Below, in pieces: positions 39,834 through 51,210 of a DNA stretch of 64,000 nucleotides. The DNA is taken from the NCBI GenBank assembly GCA_963846555.1, contig CAWJWI010000004.1, forward strand, positions 902,371-966,370, read 5' to 3'. The notes below the pieces were generated by a model. The model worked only from the letters and a program-made list of their open reading frames with translations, ran no database searches and was not told where the DNA came from. Source of the stretch: an uncultured Microthrixaceae bacterium (GTDB lineage Bacteria; Actinomycetota; Acidimicrobiia; Acidimicrobiales; VFJN01). A program made the translations under genes and the position numbers. The stretch's first letter is position 1. Each line of letters starts with the position of its first letter.

Positions 39834-40982
39834 CTACGCCAGCGCGCCCACGACGTGGTCGATGCATCGGGTGAGGGCGACGATGTCGTCGGGGTCGATG
39901 GCGGGGAAGAGGGCGATGCGGACCTGGTTGCGACCCAGCTTCCGGTAGCTCTCCGTGTCGAGGATGCCGTTGGCCCGCAGGACCTGGCTGACGACGTTGG
40001 CGTCCACGACCGCCTCGTCCAGGTCGATGGTGGCCACCACGTGGCTGCGATCGGCCGGGTCCTTCACGAACGGGGTGGCGTAGGAGGCCGACTCGGCCCA
40101 GCCGTAGATCGTCTCAGCCGACCTGTCGCAGCGCGAAGCGGCCCACTCGAGGCCGCCCTGCTGGTTGATCCAGTCCACCTGCTGGTTGGCGAGGAACACC
40201 GTGGCCAGGGCCGGTGTGTTGTAGGTCTGGTCCTTGCGGCTGTTGTCGAGGGCGATCTTGAGATCGAGCGACGCCGGAACCCAGCGTCCCGACGCGGCGA
40301 TGCGCTCGATGCGCTCGACGGCGGCGGGTGACACGGCGGCCAGCCAGAGGCCCCCGTCGCTGGCCAGGCACTTCTGGGGTGCGAAGTAGTACACGTCGAC
40401 CTCGGCGGGGTCGAAGCGCAGGCCCCCGGCGGCGGAGGTGGCGTCGACGAGCACGATCCCCTCTGCCTCGTGCGGCCGCTCCAGGGGCATCGCCACGCCC
40501 GTGGAAGTCTCGTTGTGCGTGAGGCAGTACGTGTCCACCTCAGGGTCGGTCACGGGCATCGGATGGGTGCCGGGGTCCGCGAAGAGGTTCGAGGGCTCAC
40601 CGATGTGAGGAGCGGCGGCGGCCGCCTCCGCGAACTTCGAGGAGAACTCTCCGAACCGGAGGTGCTGGCTGCGCTCGTCGATGAGGCCGAAGGTGGCTGC
40701 GTCCCAGAACGACGTCGTGCCGCCGTTGCCGAGGATCACCTCGTACCCGTCGGGCAGGGCGAACAGCTCGGCCAGGCTGTTGCGCAGAGCACCGACCTCG
40801 AACTGCACCCGGGCCTGCCGGTGCGAGGTGCCCAGGTAGGGGCCGCCTGCCACCGGGTCGTGCGAGGCAGCCAGAGCCGCCACCGCCTCGGGCCGGACCT
40901 TGGAGGGCCCGCAGCCGAAGCGCCCGTCTGTGGGGAGGAGGTCGGCTGGGATCTGGATCTGGGGGGTGGCGGGGGAGGTCAC
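39834..40982 (-). CDS. serC: Phosphoserine aminotransferase (actinobacterial type)
   Basis: [16 protein letters not shown]...[10 protein letters not shown]...[12 protein letters not shown]...[13 protein letters not shown]. The start is a GTG. Confidence 0.85.
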   Translation of the reverse strand: MTSPATPQIQIPADLLPTDGRFGCGPSKVRPEAVAALAASHDPVAGGPYLGTSHRQARVQFEVGALRNSLAELFALPDGYEVILGNGGTTSFWDAATFGLIDERSQHLRFGEFSSKFAEAAAAAPHIGEPSNLFADPGTHPMPVTDPEVDTYCLTHNETSTGVAMPLERPHEAEGIVLVDATSAAGGLRFDPAEVDVYYFAPQKCLASDGGLWLAAVSPAAVERIERIAASGRWVPASLDLKIALDNSRKDQTYNTPALATVFLANQQVDWINQQGGLEWAASRCDRSAETIYGWAESASYATPFVKDPADRSHVVATIDLDEAVVDANVVSQVLRANGILDTESYRKLGRNQVRIALFPAIDPDDIVALTRCIDHVVGALA

Positions 40983-41023
40983 CGTGCCATGATCGCGAAC
41001 GGACCCAGCAAGGAGCGAAGCCG

Positions 41024-42241
41024 TTGCCGACCCCCCGAACCGAGCGCCGCATCTCTGCGCGCATCGCCGCCATCGCCGAGTCGGCCACGCTGGCCGTCGA
41101 TGCCAAGGCCAAGGCCCTCAAGGCTGCAGGAGAGCCGGTGATCGGCTTCGGTGCCGGTGAGCCCGACTTCCCGACCCCGGCCGCCATCGTCGAGGCGGCC
41201 ATCGCGGCGTGCTCGGACCCGAAGAACCACAAGTACTCGCCCGCCGGGGGCCTCCCGGAGCTGAAGGAGGCCATCGTCGCCAAGACGGCGCGGGACTCCT
41301 CCTATCCGGTCGAGGCCAGCCAGGTGCTCGTCACCAACGGTGGCAAGCACGCCGTGTACAACACCTTCGCGGCCCTGCTCGACCCGGGCGATGAGGTGCT
41401 GCTCCCGGCGCCCTACTGGACCACCTACCCCGAGCCGATCGCCCTGGCCGGCGGTGTTCCCGTGGTGCTCCAGACCGACGAGACCACGGGCTTCCGAGTC
41501 ACCGTCGACCAGCTCGACGCGGCCGTCACCGACCGCACCAAGGTGCTTCTCTTCGTATCCCCCTCCAACCCCACGGGGGCCGTGTACCCCGTCGAGGAGG
41601 TGGAGGCGATCGGTCGCTGGGCCGTCGAGCGGGGCATCTGGGTCGTCACCGACGAGATCTACGAGCACCTGACCTACGGCGGGCACCGGTTCGCATCCAT
41701 GCCCACGCTCGTGCCGGAGCTGGCCGATCGTTGCGTGGTGCTCAACGGGGTGGCCAAGACCTACGCCATGACGGGCTGGCGGGTCGGGTGGATGCTGGGC
41801 CCGACCGATGTGATCAAGGCGGCGACGAACCTGCAGTCGCACGCGACGTCCAACGTGGCCAACGTCAGCCAGCGGGCGGCCATCGCGGCTCTCACCGGTG
41901 ACCTGTCCGCGGTGGCCGAGATGCGGGCCGCGTTCGAACGCCGCGGACAAGCGATGCACAAGCTGCTCACCGGCATCGAGGGCGTCACCGCACTGGAGCC
42001 CCAGGGCGCCTTCTACAGCTTCCCCAACCTGTCCAGCTACCTGGGCCGCACGATCCGGGGCCGCACTCCCACCAGCACCGTCGACCTCTGCACCCTGCTC
42101 CTCGACGAGGCCAAGGTGGCCATCGTCCCGGGCGAGGCCTTCGACGCGCCCGGGTACGCCCGGCTCAGCTACGCCCTCGGCGACGACGACCTCGGTGAGG
42201 GCTGCTCGCGGATCGCCGACCTCCTCGCCGAAGCGGAGTGA
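41024..42241 (+). CDS. Pyridoxal-phosphate aminotransferase, aspartate aminotransferase-like (class I)
   Basis: [14 protein letters not shown]...[16 protein letters not shown] (PLP lysine context). The TTG start has an AAGGAG RBS 8 nt upstream. Confidence 0.85.
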   Translation: MPTPRTERRISARIAAIAESATLAVDAKAKALKAAGEPVIGFGAGEPDFPTPAAIVEAAIAACSDPKNHKYSPAGGLPELKEAIVAKTARDSSYPVEASQVLVTNGGKHAVYNTFAALLDPGDEVLLPAPYWTTYPEPIALAGGVPVVLQTDETTGFRVTVDQLDAAVTDRTKVLLFVSPSNPTGAVYPVEEVEAIGRWAVERGIWVVTDEIYEHLTYGGHRFASMPTLVPELADRCVVLNGVAKTYAMTGWRVGWMLGPTDVIKAATNLQSHATSNVANVSQRAAIAALTGDLSAVAEMRAAFERRGQAMHKLLTGIEGVTALEPQGAFYSFPNLSSYLGRTIRGRTPTSTVDLCTLLLDEAKVAIVPGEAFDAPGYARLSYALGDDDLGEGCSRIADLLAEAE

Positions 42242-44176
42242 CCGCGCCCGAGCAGCCCTACGGCTCGTGGCCGACGCCGATCACGAGCGAGCTCGTGGTG
42301 CGCTCGGCTCGCATCCCCAACGGCCTGGCCGTCGACGGAGACGAGCTCTGGTGGTCCGAGAGCCGACCCGAGGAGGGCGGGCGCAACGCGGTGCTCCGGC
42401 GAACGGCCGACGGCACGGTCACCGAGGTGCTGGCCGCCCCGGCCAATGCCCGCACCGCTGTCCACGAGTACGGCGGCGGCGCCTGGTGGGTGCGCGACGG
42501 GGTGCTGTGGTTCGCGGACTGGGCCACGCAGCGCCTCCACCGCGCGGAAGCGGGCGGTGAGCCCGTGGCCCTGACGCCGGAGCCGCCCCTGCCACGCGGG
42601 CTGCGCTACGCCGACGGTGCGGTCAGCCCAGACGGCACGACGATGCTGTGCGTCCAGGAGCAGCACCACGCTGACGGCGCAACCAACACGATCGTCGAGC
42701 TCTCCGCTACCGGCCCCTCCACGCCACAGCACGTCACCGGCGCCAGCGACTTCGTCGCCGACCCGCGCTGGCGCCCCGACGGCGGGGCCTTCTGCTGGCT
42801 GGAGTGGGACCACCCGGACATGCCATGGGACGCCACTCGCCTCATCGTGGACGTGGGCGGCACCCGCACGGTCGTGGCCGGCGATGAGCAGCGGGAGTCC
42901 ATCTGCCAGCCGACCTGGGCGGCCGACGGGTCGCTCTGGTTCAGTGCCGACCGCACCGGCTTCTGGAGCCTGTACCGCTGGACACCTGACGGTGGCGCCG
43001 AGCTCATGGTCGATCTGGGCAAGGACATCGGCTTCGCCCAGTGGGTGTTCGGCTCCCGATGCTTCACCCTCCTCGACGACGGGCGGGTGGCCCTCGTCTA
43101 CAGCGACGGCGGTACCGACCACCTCGCCGTCTGGGAGCCCGACTCGCGCGCCGTCACCGACCTCGACGTGCCTCACACCTCGGTCGACGGCCTGCTGCGC
43201 GTTCGAGTCGGGCGTCGCCTACATCGGCGCCTCGCCCACTGCCGAGCCCCATGTCGTCTACGTGCCGCTCGACGGGACCTCGGCGGGGACGGTGGAGGTC
43301 GTGGTCCCGCCGCGCGACCTCGGCCTCGACGCGGGCTGGTTCTCGGTGCCCGAGCCTCTCGAGTTCCCCACTGGTGACGGGGCCATCGCGCACGCGCTCT
43401 ACTACCCGCCCACCAACCCCGAGGCGCAGGGCCCAGCCGGCGAGAAGCCGCCACTGCTCGTGATGATCCACGGCGGCCCCACCTCGGCCGCCCGGCCCCT
43501 GCTCGCCATCGGAAAGCAGTACTGGACGAGCCGCGGCTTCGCCGTCGTCGACGTGAACTACCGCGGCTCCACGGGGTACGGGCGGGCCTACCGCGACCTG
43601 CTCCAGGGGGAGTGGGGCATCGCGGACGTCGAGGACTGCGGCGCCGTGTGCCGCTTCCTCGTCCAGCGCGGCGACGTCCACCCGGATCGCCTGTGCATCA
43701 GAGGTGGCTCGGCCGGCGGCTTCACGACGCTCGCCGCCCTGGTCCACGACGACACGTTCGCGGCTGGGGCCAGCCACTTCGGCGTGGCCGACCTCGGAGC
43801 GCTGGCCGCCGACACGCACAAGTTCGAGAGCCGCTACCTCGACGGCCTCGTCGGGCCGTGGCCCGAGGCCCGCGCCACCTACGACGAGCGGTCGCCGATC
43901 AACCACACCGACCGCATCGACCGGCCCCTCGTCGTGTTCCAGGGCCTGGAGGACGAGGTCGTGCCGCCCCGCCAGTCCGAGATGATCGTGGAGGCGGTGC
44001 GGGCCAAGGGCGTGCCGGTGGCCTACGTCGCCTTCGAGGGCGAGCAGCACGGGTTCCGCAAGGCCGAGAACATCCGGGCTGCCCTCGACGGCGAGCTCAG
44101 CTTCTACGCCCAGGTGCTCGGCTTCGAGCTGCCCCCCGACGAGGGCATCGAGCTCCTCGCGGTCGAAAATCTCTAG
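42238..44176 (+). pseudogene. S9 prolyl-oligopeptidase-family peptidase; apparent 1-nt frameshift near 43198
   Basis: The N-terminal beta-propeller part is in ORF 42238..43377 (to ...[13 protein letters not shown]). The C-terminal part is in ORF 42617..44176 ([10 protein letters not shown]...MIHGGPTS...GGSAGG nucleophile...). One extra nucleotide in CTGCGCGTTC separates them. Confidence 0.8.
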
Positions 44177-44177
44177 A

Positions 44178-44222
44178 TCTGTGCGCACGTAGCACCGCAG
44201 AGCGGTGCTACGTGCGCACAGA
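44178..44222. repeat. Palindromic intergenic element, family A (perfect copy)
   Basis: TCTGTGCGCACGTAGCACCGC-AGA-GCGGTGCTACGTGCGCACAGA has 21-bp perfect arms. It lies between convergent stops at 44176 and 44225. Confidence 0.9.
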
Positions 44223-44224
44223 GG

Positions 44225-45497
44225 CTAGGAGATCCGGCCCAGGACGAGCGGGGGAGCGGCCACGGGGGTGGGGCTGACCTCGATGGCGCCTTCCAGGGCG
44301 GCGAGGGCGGCGGGCAGCTTGGCGGGGTCGTCGAGGTGGAGCTCGAGCAGCGGCTCGCCCTCGACCACCTCCTCGCCCACGGTGGCCCGCCACACCACGC
44401 CCGCGACCGGAGAGACGGCGTCCTCCTTGCGGGCCCGGCCTGCGCCGAGGCGCCAGGCGGCCACGCCTACGGCCATGGCGTCGAGACGGCTCAGCGTGCC
44501 CGACGCAGGGGCGGGTACGAGCTCGATCTCGGTGGCCCGGGGAAGCAGCGCGCTGGGGTCACCGCCCTGGGCCCGCACGAGGTCGCGCCAGGCGTCCATG
44601 GCTCCGCCCCGGGCCAGCACGTCGGCCGGGTCGGTGCCGTCGAGGCCCACCAGCTCGAGCATCTCGCGAGCCAGGGCCACCGTGAGCTCGACGACGTCGC
44701 GCGGGGCCGCCGCCGGCCAGCACCTCGATCGACTCCACCACCTCGAGGGCGTTGCCCGCGGTGCGGCCGAGGGGCACGTCCATCTGGGTGAGGAGGGCTG
44801 TCGTGCGCACGTCGGAGGCCGCGCCCAGGCCGACCATCGTCTCGGCCAGCTCGCGGGCTCGGCCCTCGTCCTTCATGAACGCCCCGCTCCCGACCTTGAC
44901 GTCGAGCACGAGCGCTCCGGTGCCCTCGGCGATCTTCTTCGACATGATCGAGCTGGCGATGAGCGGGATCGACTCGACCGTGCCGGTGATGTCGCGCAGC
45001 GCGTAGAGCTTGCGGTCGGCCGGGGCCAGGTCGGGGCCGGCTGCGTTGATCACGGCTCCTGTCGAGCCGAGGATCTCCAGCACCTCGTCGGGGCTGAGCG
45101 TCGACCGCCAGCCCGGGATGCTCTCCATCTTGTCGATCGTGCCGCCGGTGTGGCCCAGGCCGCGGCCCGCGGTCTGGGGCACGGCGGCACCACAAGCCGC
45201 CACGAGCGGGCAGAGGATGAGCGAGATCTTGTCGCCCACGCCGCCGGTGGAGTGCTTGTCGACGGTGGGCCGATCGAGCGACGACAGGTCGGTGCGGGTG
45301 CCGGTGGCGATCATCTGGGCCGTCCAGCGGGCCAGCTCCTCGGGGTCGAGACCCCGGAACAGGATGGCCATCAGCAAGGCGGCGGCCTGCTCGTCGCCTA
45401 CGTCACCGTCTGTGTAGGCCGAGATGAACCAGTCGATCTGCTCGTCGCTCAGCCGTCCGCCGTCGCGCTTGGTGAGGATGACGTCGATGGCGTCCAT
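44225..45497 (-). pseudogene. deoA: Thymidine/pyrimidine-nucleoside phosphorylase; apparent 1-nt frameshift near 44699
   Basis: ORF 44559..45497 carries DKHSTGGVGDK...NALEVVESIEVLAGGGPA. ORF 44225..44680 continues DVVELTVALAREML... One extra nucleotide in GTCGCGCGGGG separates them. Confidence 0.85.
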
Positions 45498-45883
45498 CAG
45501 GTGTCGCGCAGGTGGTCGGGACCGAACGCGTCAGGAAGGAGCTCGCCGAGGGGGCGTCCGTTGAAGGACAGGTCGGGTCCGCCGTGCTCGTGGAGCAGCT
45601 GCCGGCAGCGTCCGCAGGGCACGAGGGGCCGGCCCTTGCCGTCGACGCAGGCCACCGCCACCAGCCGGCCTCCGCCGGTGGCGTGGAGGGCCGAGACGAG
45701 CCCGCACTCGGCGCAGAGGGCCAGGCCGTACGAGGCGTTCTCGACGTTGCATGCCGTGAGCACCCGCCCGTCGTCGACCAGCCCGGCCACGCCGACCGGG
45801 TAGCGGGAGTACGGCGCGTAGGCCCGTTCGCAGGCGCCGACGGCCGCCGCTCGCAGGCCGTCCCAGTCGACCTCGGGGCTCAT
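45497..45883 (-). CDS. cdd: Cytidine deaminase
   Basis: Zinc ligand motifs CAECGLVS and PCGRCRQ. Its start overlaps the permease stop (ATGA). Confidence 0.9.
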   Translation of the reverse strand: MSPEVDWDGLRAAAVGACERAYAPYSRYPVGVAGLVDDGRVLTACNVENASYGLALCAECGLVSALHATGGGRLVAVACVDGKGRPLVPCGRCRQLLHEHGGPDLSFNGRPLGELLPDAFGPDHLRDT

Positions 45884-47151
45884 CGGGACCGCTCGTAGGG
45901 CACGCCGTCGGCGGCGGGTGCGATGGCCCGGCCGATGGCCCCGGCCACGACGATGATCGTGACGACGTAGGGGAGCGACTGGAGGAACTCGCTCGGGATC
46001 GAGAAGTCGCCGACCGTCACCTGGAGGATCTGGAGTCGGGCCCCGAGCGCCCGTGTGAAGCCGAACAGGATGGCGCCCGCGAACGCTGTCGACGGTCGCC
46101 ACTTCCCGAAGATGAGCGCGGCCAGGGCGATGAAGCCGGTGCCGTTGGTCATGTTGTCCTGGAAGCCGGCCTGGGACTCGAGGGAGAACCACGCGCCGCC
46201 CAGCCCCGCGATCAGCCCACCGATGATGACCGCCTTGTAGCGGACCCGGATGGGGTCGATGCCCAACGTCTCGGCGGCGTGCGGGTTCTCGCCCACGGAC
46301 CGCACCCGCAGCCCGAAGGTGGTGCGGAAGAGCACCAGGCTCGTCAGGCCCACGACGAGGAACATCACGAAGAAGATGGGACGGGCGGTGAAGAGCTGTC
46401 CGCCCACGATCGGGAGGTCCGACAGCAGTGGCAGTGCGATGTTGCCGGTCGACACCCCCGTCGAGATGCCCGTGTCCACGATGACCTCCGAGCGCAGGAA
46501 GCCGGTCAGGCCCAGAGCGAGCAGGTTGATGACGACGCCCGAGATGATCTGGTCGACGCGGAAGCTGACCGACAGGAGGGCGTGCAGCAGGCCGATCAGA
46601 CCGCCGGTGGCTATGGCCACGAAGATCCCCAGCCACAGGGCGGACACGGTGTTGGCGTCACCGACGACGGCATAGGTCATGAACCCGGTGCCCGCGGAGG
46701 CCAGCATCATCCCCTCGATGCCGATGTTCACGACGCCGGCCCGCTCGCACCAGAGTCCGGCCATCGCACCCAGGGCCACGGGGGTGCCCAGCCGCAACGA
46801 CTCGACCACGAGCTGCATGACGTTCGTGTCCCGCAGCTGTGAGAGGGCAAGGGCGAGGACCACGACGAGCGGGATGAACAGGATCGTGGCGAGGATCAAG
46901 GCCCCGCTGGCCAGCCGCTTGGACCGGCGTTCGAAGAACGTGGCCGCTGCGGCCAGGACGAAGATCGTGCCGATCACCGTCACGGCGGTGCCGGGGTCGA
47001 AGGTGACGCCCACCGGGTCGGGCGGAGGCTCGAGCGTGACCCCCTTGTCGGCCGGATCGAGGTTGCCGGCGACGTATCCGACGAGGAACAGGCCGACCAG
47101 CCCGAAGATCACGCCGAGGGTCTGGCGGCGACCGAACCGGAGCCAGGTCAC
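45880..47151 (-). CDS. ABC permease of the BMP/nucleoside importer (YufQ/NupQ-like)
   Basis: Multi-TM protein in the operon with the BMP binding protein and the double-NBD ATPase. Confidence 0.85.
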   Translation of the reverse strand: MTWLRFGRRQTLGVIFGLVGLFLVGYVAGNLDPADKGVTLEPPPDPVGVTFDPGTAVTVIGTIFVLAAAATFFERRSKRLASGALILATILFIPLVVVLALALSQLRDTNVMQLVVESLRLGTPVALGAMAGLWCERAGVVNIGIEGMMLASAGTGFMTYAVVGDANTVSALWLGIFVAIATGGLIGLLHALLSVSFRVDQIISGVVINLLALGLTGFLRSEVIVDTGISTGVSTGNIALPLLSDLPIVGGQLFTARPIFFVMFLVVGLTSLVLFRTTFGLRVRSVGENPHAAETLGIDPIRVRYKAVIIGGLIAGLGGAWFSLESQAGFQDNMTNGTGFIALAALIFGKWRPSTAFAGAILFGFTRALGARLQILQVTVGDFSIPSEFLQSLPYVVTIIVVAGAIGRAIAPAADGVPYERSR

Positions 47152-48299
47152 GTCGCCGACCCCCAGCCCGAGGTGATCTGCGTGGTGTCGAGCGTGGTGG
47201 CGCTCGTGCGCCGAACTCGGAAGATCGTGCGCACGATGACGTCAGCGGCCACGAAGAGGAGAACGAGGGCCTGCACGATGCGGACGGCGTCGATGGACAG
47301 GCCGCTGTCCTGCTGCATCAGCCCGGCCCCCGACAGCATCGACCCCCAGAGGATCGAGGTGAGGATGATGCCGAACGGGTTGACGCGTGCGAGGAGGGCG
47401 ATGGCGATGGCGTCGAAGCCGATGCCGACGAACACGCCTGGGCTGAGGAAGCCCGACGTGCCTGTGATCTCACCCGCTCCGGCCAGCCCGGCGAAGGCGC
47501 CCGAGAGGGCCATGACCGCGATGATCGTGCGGCTCACACCCATCCCGGCGTACTTGGCCGCGTTGGCGTTCGTGCCCACGGTGCGGACCTCGAAGCCGAA
47601 GGTGGTGCGCTTGAGGATGAACCACACGAGCGCGCAGAGGGCGATGGCGAGGAAGAAGCCCAGGTGCACCGGTGGATCCGTGGCGATGAGCTCCGGAAGC
47701 CGAGAGTCGGTGGGGATGGGGGCGGTCCGGGGGACCGACGCGCTCATGTCGCGCAGGATCACCGGGTCCTGGGAGGACACGAGCCACCGCACGTAGAGCA
47801 CGGCGATGCTGTTGAGCATGATCGTGACGATCACCTCATGGGCGCCCGTCTTGGCCTTGAGCAGCCCGGGGATGCCCCCCCACAGAGCGCCGCCCAGGGC
47901 GCCGGCGGCCACGATCAGCGGGATGGCTACAGGCCCGGGGACGTCGGCCAGCCAGCTGAACGTGCCCACCCATGCCGCCGCGGTGGCGCCCACGAGGAGC
48001 TGACCTTCGGCGCCGATGTTGAACAGGCCGGCCCGGAAGGCGAAGGCCACGGCGAGGGCGGCGCCGATGAAGGGCGTCGAGCGCCCGAGGGAGGCGGCGA
48101 TGCGGTCGGGGTCGCCGAACATCCCCCGCAGCAGGGCCCAGTAGGCCTCGAGGGGGTTGCTGCCCACGAGCATGATCACGACGCCCGCCACGACGAGAGC
48201 GAGGAATATGGCGTAGACGGGAACGAGGACGGACTGGAGCCGGTAGGACTCCTTGAGGGCGGCGATCACGCCGCTGTCCTTGCGGTCGGGCCCGGCCAT
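47148..48299 (-). CDS. ABC permease of the BMP/nucleoside importer (YufP/NupP-like)
   Basis: Multi-TM protein with overlapping start/stop junctions on both sides. Confidence 0.85.
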   Translation of the reverse strand: MAGPDRKDSGVIAALKESYRLQSVLVPVYAIFLALVVAGVVIMLVGSNPLEAYWALLRGMFGDPDRIAASLGRSTPFIGAALAVAFAFRAGLFNIGAEGQLLVGATAAAWVGTFSWLADVPGPVAIPLIVAAGALGGALWGGIPGLLKAKTGAHEVIVTIMLNSIAVLYVRWLVSSQDPVILRDMSASVPRTAPIPTDSRLPELIATDPPVHLGFFLAIALCALVWFILKRTTFGFEVRTVGTNANAAKYAGMGVSRTIIAVMALSGAFAGLAGAGEITGTSGFLSPGVFVGIGFDAIAIALLARVNPFGIILTSILWGSMLSGAGLMQQDSGLSIDAVRIVQALVLLFVAADVIVRTIFRVRRTSATTLDTTQITSGWGSAT

Positions 48300-49838
48300 C
48301 AGGCCACCGCCCCAGGTCCGTGACCGCTCGCCATGTAGAGGCCGATCTCCTCCCGGGTGACCTCCGAGCGGTCGAAGGTTCCGACGAGCGCGCCTCGGTA
48401 GAGAACTCCGATGCGGTCGGACAGGTTGAGCACCTCGTCGAGCTCGGCCGACACGAGGAGCACGGCTGCGCCCCGGTCGCGCATCTCGATGATGCGGTGG
48501 TGGATGAACTCGATCGACCCCACGTCGAGGCCGCGGGTGGGCTGGGCCACCACGAGGAGCTTGACGTCCCCGGTCAGCTCCCGGGCGATGATCACCTTCT
48601 GCTGGTTGCCGCCCGACAGGGTGGACACGGGCACGACGGCGCTCGGCGTGCGGACGTCGAACTCCCGCACCAGCGCGGTTGCGTGGTCCTGGATGGCCTG
48701 CTCGTCCCGCAGGCCCCGCCGGGCGAAGGGCCGGCGGCGATAGCGGTTGAGCACCATGTTCTCAGCCACGCTGAACGGGCCGACCAGGCCGTGCTTGCCG
48801 CGGTCCTCGGGCACGTGACCGACGCCCAGCTCGATGATCTCTCGTGGTGAGGCGTCGGTGACGTTTCGGCCGGCGATCGTGACGCCGCCGGAGCGCTTCG
48901 AGCGCATGCCCATGAGCGCCTCGACGAGCTCGCGCTGACCGTTGCCCTCCACGCCGGCGATGCCGAACACCTCACCCGCCCGGACCTGGAGATCGAGGTC
49001 GGCCACGGTCGTCACCCCCCGATCGTCCTCGACCCACAGGGAGTTCGCCTCGAGCACGATGTCGCCGGGGGTGGCGGGTGCCTTCTCGATGGTGAAGGAG
49101 ACGTCTCGACCCACCATCAGGCTGGCCAGGCTGGCCTGGGTTGCCTCGGCCGGGTCGGCGCTGCCGACCAGGCGCCCGCCCCGCAGCACCGAGATGCGGT
49201 CCGCGACAGCGAGCACCTCCCGCAGCTTGTGGGTGATGAAGATGATCGACTTGCCCTGCGCGACCAGGCTCTTCACGACCTCGAAGAACTCGTCCACCTC
49301 GCCGGGGGTCAGAACGGCGGTGGGCTCGTCGAGGATGAGGACGTCGGCCTCACGGAAGAGGGCCTTCACGAGCTCGACCCGCTGCTGCTCGCCCACGGAG
49401 AGGTCACCGACCGTTGCGTCAGGGTCGATCTCCAGCCCGTACCGCTCGCCCAGGGATCGGATGCGCCGGCGGGCTGCGTCGAGGTCGAGGAAGGGGCCCT
49501 TCTTGAGCTCGTTCCCGAGGATCACGTTCTCGGCCACGGTGAACACGGGGATCAGCTGGAAGTGCTGGTGGACCATCCCGATGCCTGCCGCGATGGCATC
49601 GCGGGAGCTCGTGAACCGCACCGGCTCGCCCCGCAGCGAGGATCTCGCCGGCGTCGGGCTGGTAGAGCCCGAACACCGTGTTCATCAGCGTGCTCTTGCC
49701 CGCCCCGTTCTCCCCGAGGAGGCAGTGCACCTCGCCCTGGTGGAGGGTGAGGCTCACATCCTCGTTGGCGATCACGCCCGGGAAGGTCTTCGTGACGCCG
49801 CGCACCTCGAGGATCGGCGTTCCCCCATCGACGTCCAT
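48299..49838 (-). pseudogene. Double-NBD ABC ATPase of the BMP/nucleoside importer; apparent 1-nt frameshift near 49637
   Basis: ORF 49419..49862 gives [19 protein letters not shown]...[29 protein letters not shown] 48299..49621 continues [26 protein letters not shown]... One extra nucleotide lies between the two frames. A GAGGAGG RBS precedes ATG 49838. Confidence 0.85.
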
Positions 49839-49918
49839 GGGCCTCCTCGGCGGGTGCGACAAGAAGGCGGGGGCGGCGCTGCTGCGCCGCCCCCGACCTC
49901 CAGGAGTGGTGGTGCTGC

Positions 49919-51100
49919 TTAGAGCGGCAGTCCGGTGGCCGGGTCGAGCCCGGTCTTGATGCTGCCGTCGGCGAGGCCCAGACGGGTCTCCTCGAGCTTG
50001 GCTGCGACGTCGTCGGGGATCTCAGCGTCGTGGAACGGGGCGTAGGTGATGCCACCGTTCTCCGCCGTGAGAGCGAAGATGCCGCCCGCGAACTCGCCCT
50101 TGAGCGCATTCACGATCTGCACGAACACGCCCAGGTCGACGCGCTTCACAGCCGAGCTGGCCAGCTTGTCGGCACCGGGGGCGGAGCCGCCGTTGAACGT
50201 GCTGAAGTACTCGTCCTGGTCGACGCCGATGCCCCAGACGCCCTGCTCGGTCGCCGCCGCGACGCCGCCCGAGCCGGTCTGGCCGCCGGCGCCGAAGATC
50301 ACGTCAGCGCCTTCGCCGATGAACTGCTGGGCGTCGGACGCCCCCTTGTCCGGGGCGGTGAAGGACTCGTTGTAGATCTTCAGCACCTGGATGTCGGGGT
50401 CGACGGACTTGGCGCCCACCTCGTAGCCGTTGACCAGCTTCACGACGGGCGGGACGTCCTCGCGGCCGCCGACCACGCCGATCACGCCGCTCTCGCTGAG
50501 CGAGGCGGCGAGCACGCCGGCCAGGTAGCCGCCCTCGTCCTCGTTGAAGAGCACGCCGACGTAGTTCTCGGGGAACTCGGGCTGGAACTGGTCCACGCCG
50601 ATGAAGTTCGTGTCGGCGTTGGCGTTGGCTGCGGCGAGCGTGTCGGTGGCCAGCAGGAAGCCGACCGTGATCACGATGTCCGGGCCACCCTCGAGCGCCG
50701 TGGTGATGTTCTTCTGGTAGTCGGCCTCCGAGACGGTCTCGATGAAGCTGGTCTCGAAGCCGAAGCACTCCTCGGCGGCTGTCATGCCCTCGTAGGCGTA
50801 CTGGTTGAACGTGCGGTCATCGACCTTGCCGATGTCGGTCACCAGACGCACCGTGAAGCCGTCGGGCACCTCGATGCCGGCATCCTGCGCCTCCTGGCAG
50901 AGGTCGTCGAGCGACACCTGGGCGTCAGACGCTGCCCCGTCGCCCTCGGTGGTCGTCGTCTCGTCGGAGCCGGCAGTGGTGGTTGTGGTGTCGCCTGTGC
51001 TCTCGGGCTCTTCGTCGTCTCCACAGGCTGCAGCGAGCAGCCCGAGGGCGAGAAGTCCGGAGAGCAGGCGGAGTGACCGCTTGTGCAAGGGAGCCTCCAT
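49919..51100 (-). CDS. BMP-family ABC substrate-binding lipoprotein (nucleoside-binding type)
   Basis: Signal + lipobox LLAAAC, then a T/E-rich linker, then the BMP/PnrA-like body (GFLLATDT...GVDQ...GVVGG). Confidence 0.85.
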   Translation of the reverse strand: MEAPLHKRSLRLLSGLLALGLLAAACGDDEEPESTGDTTTTTAGSDETTTTEGDGAASDAQVSLDDLCQEAQDAGIEVPDGFTVRLVTDIGKVDDRTFNQYAYEGMTAAEECFGFETSFIETVSEADYQKNITTALEGGPDIVITVGFLLATDTLAAANANADTNFIGVDQFQPEFPENYVGVLFNEDEGGYLAGVLAASLSESGVIGVVGGREDVPPVVKLVNGYEVGAKSVDPDIQVLKIYNESFTAPDKGASDAQQFIGEGADVIFGAGGQTGSGGVAAATEQGVWGIGVDQDEYFSTFNGGSAPGADKLASSAVKRVDLGVFVQIVNALKGEFAGGIFALTAENGGITYAPFHDAEIPDDVAAKLEETRLGLADGSIKTGLDPATGLPL

Positions 51101-51210
51101 GGCAATCGTTTTGGACCCGCGGAGACTAGTGCGCGCCTCGCCGTCAGCCGGCGGGGCGGCCTGGGTCAACGGTTTGGCGGGTTGCGCCGGCGGCCGACCA
51201 GACTCGGCCC

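Noticed and set aside
44178-44222. Could the palindromic elements be IS or MITE ends, tRNA-like genes or small RNA genes?
   Set aside because: There is no transposase or integrase, no target-site duplication that I could see, and no tRNA cloverleaf features. I kept them as REP-like repeats/terminators only.
47226-47235. CGTGCGCACG, and a similar string at about 44802-44815, resemble the GTGCGCAC core of family A repeats.
   Set aside because: They lie inside coding sequence without the flanking arm sequence, so they are chance occurrences of a short GC palindrome.
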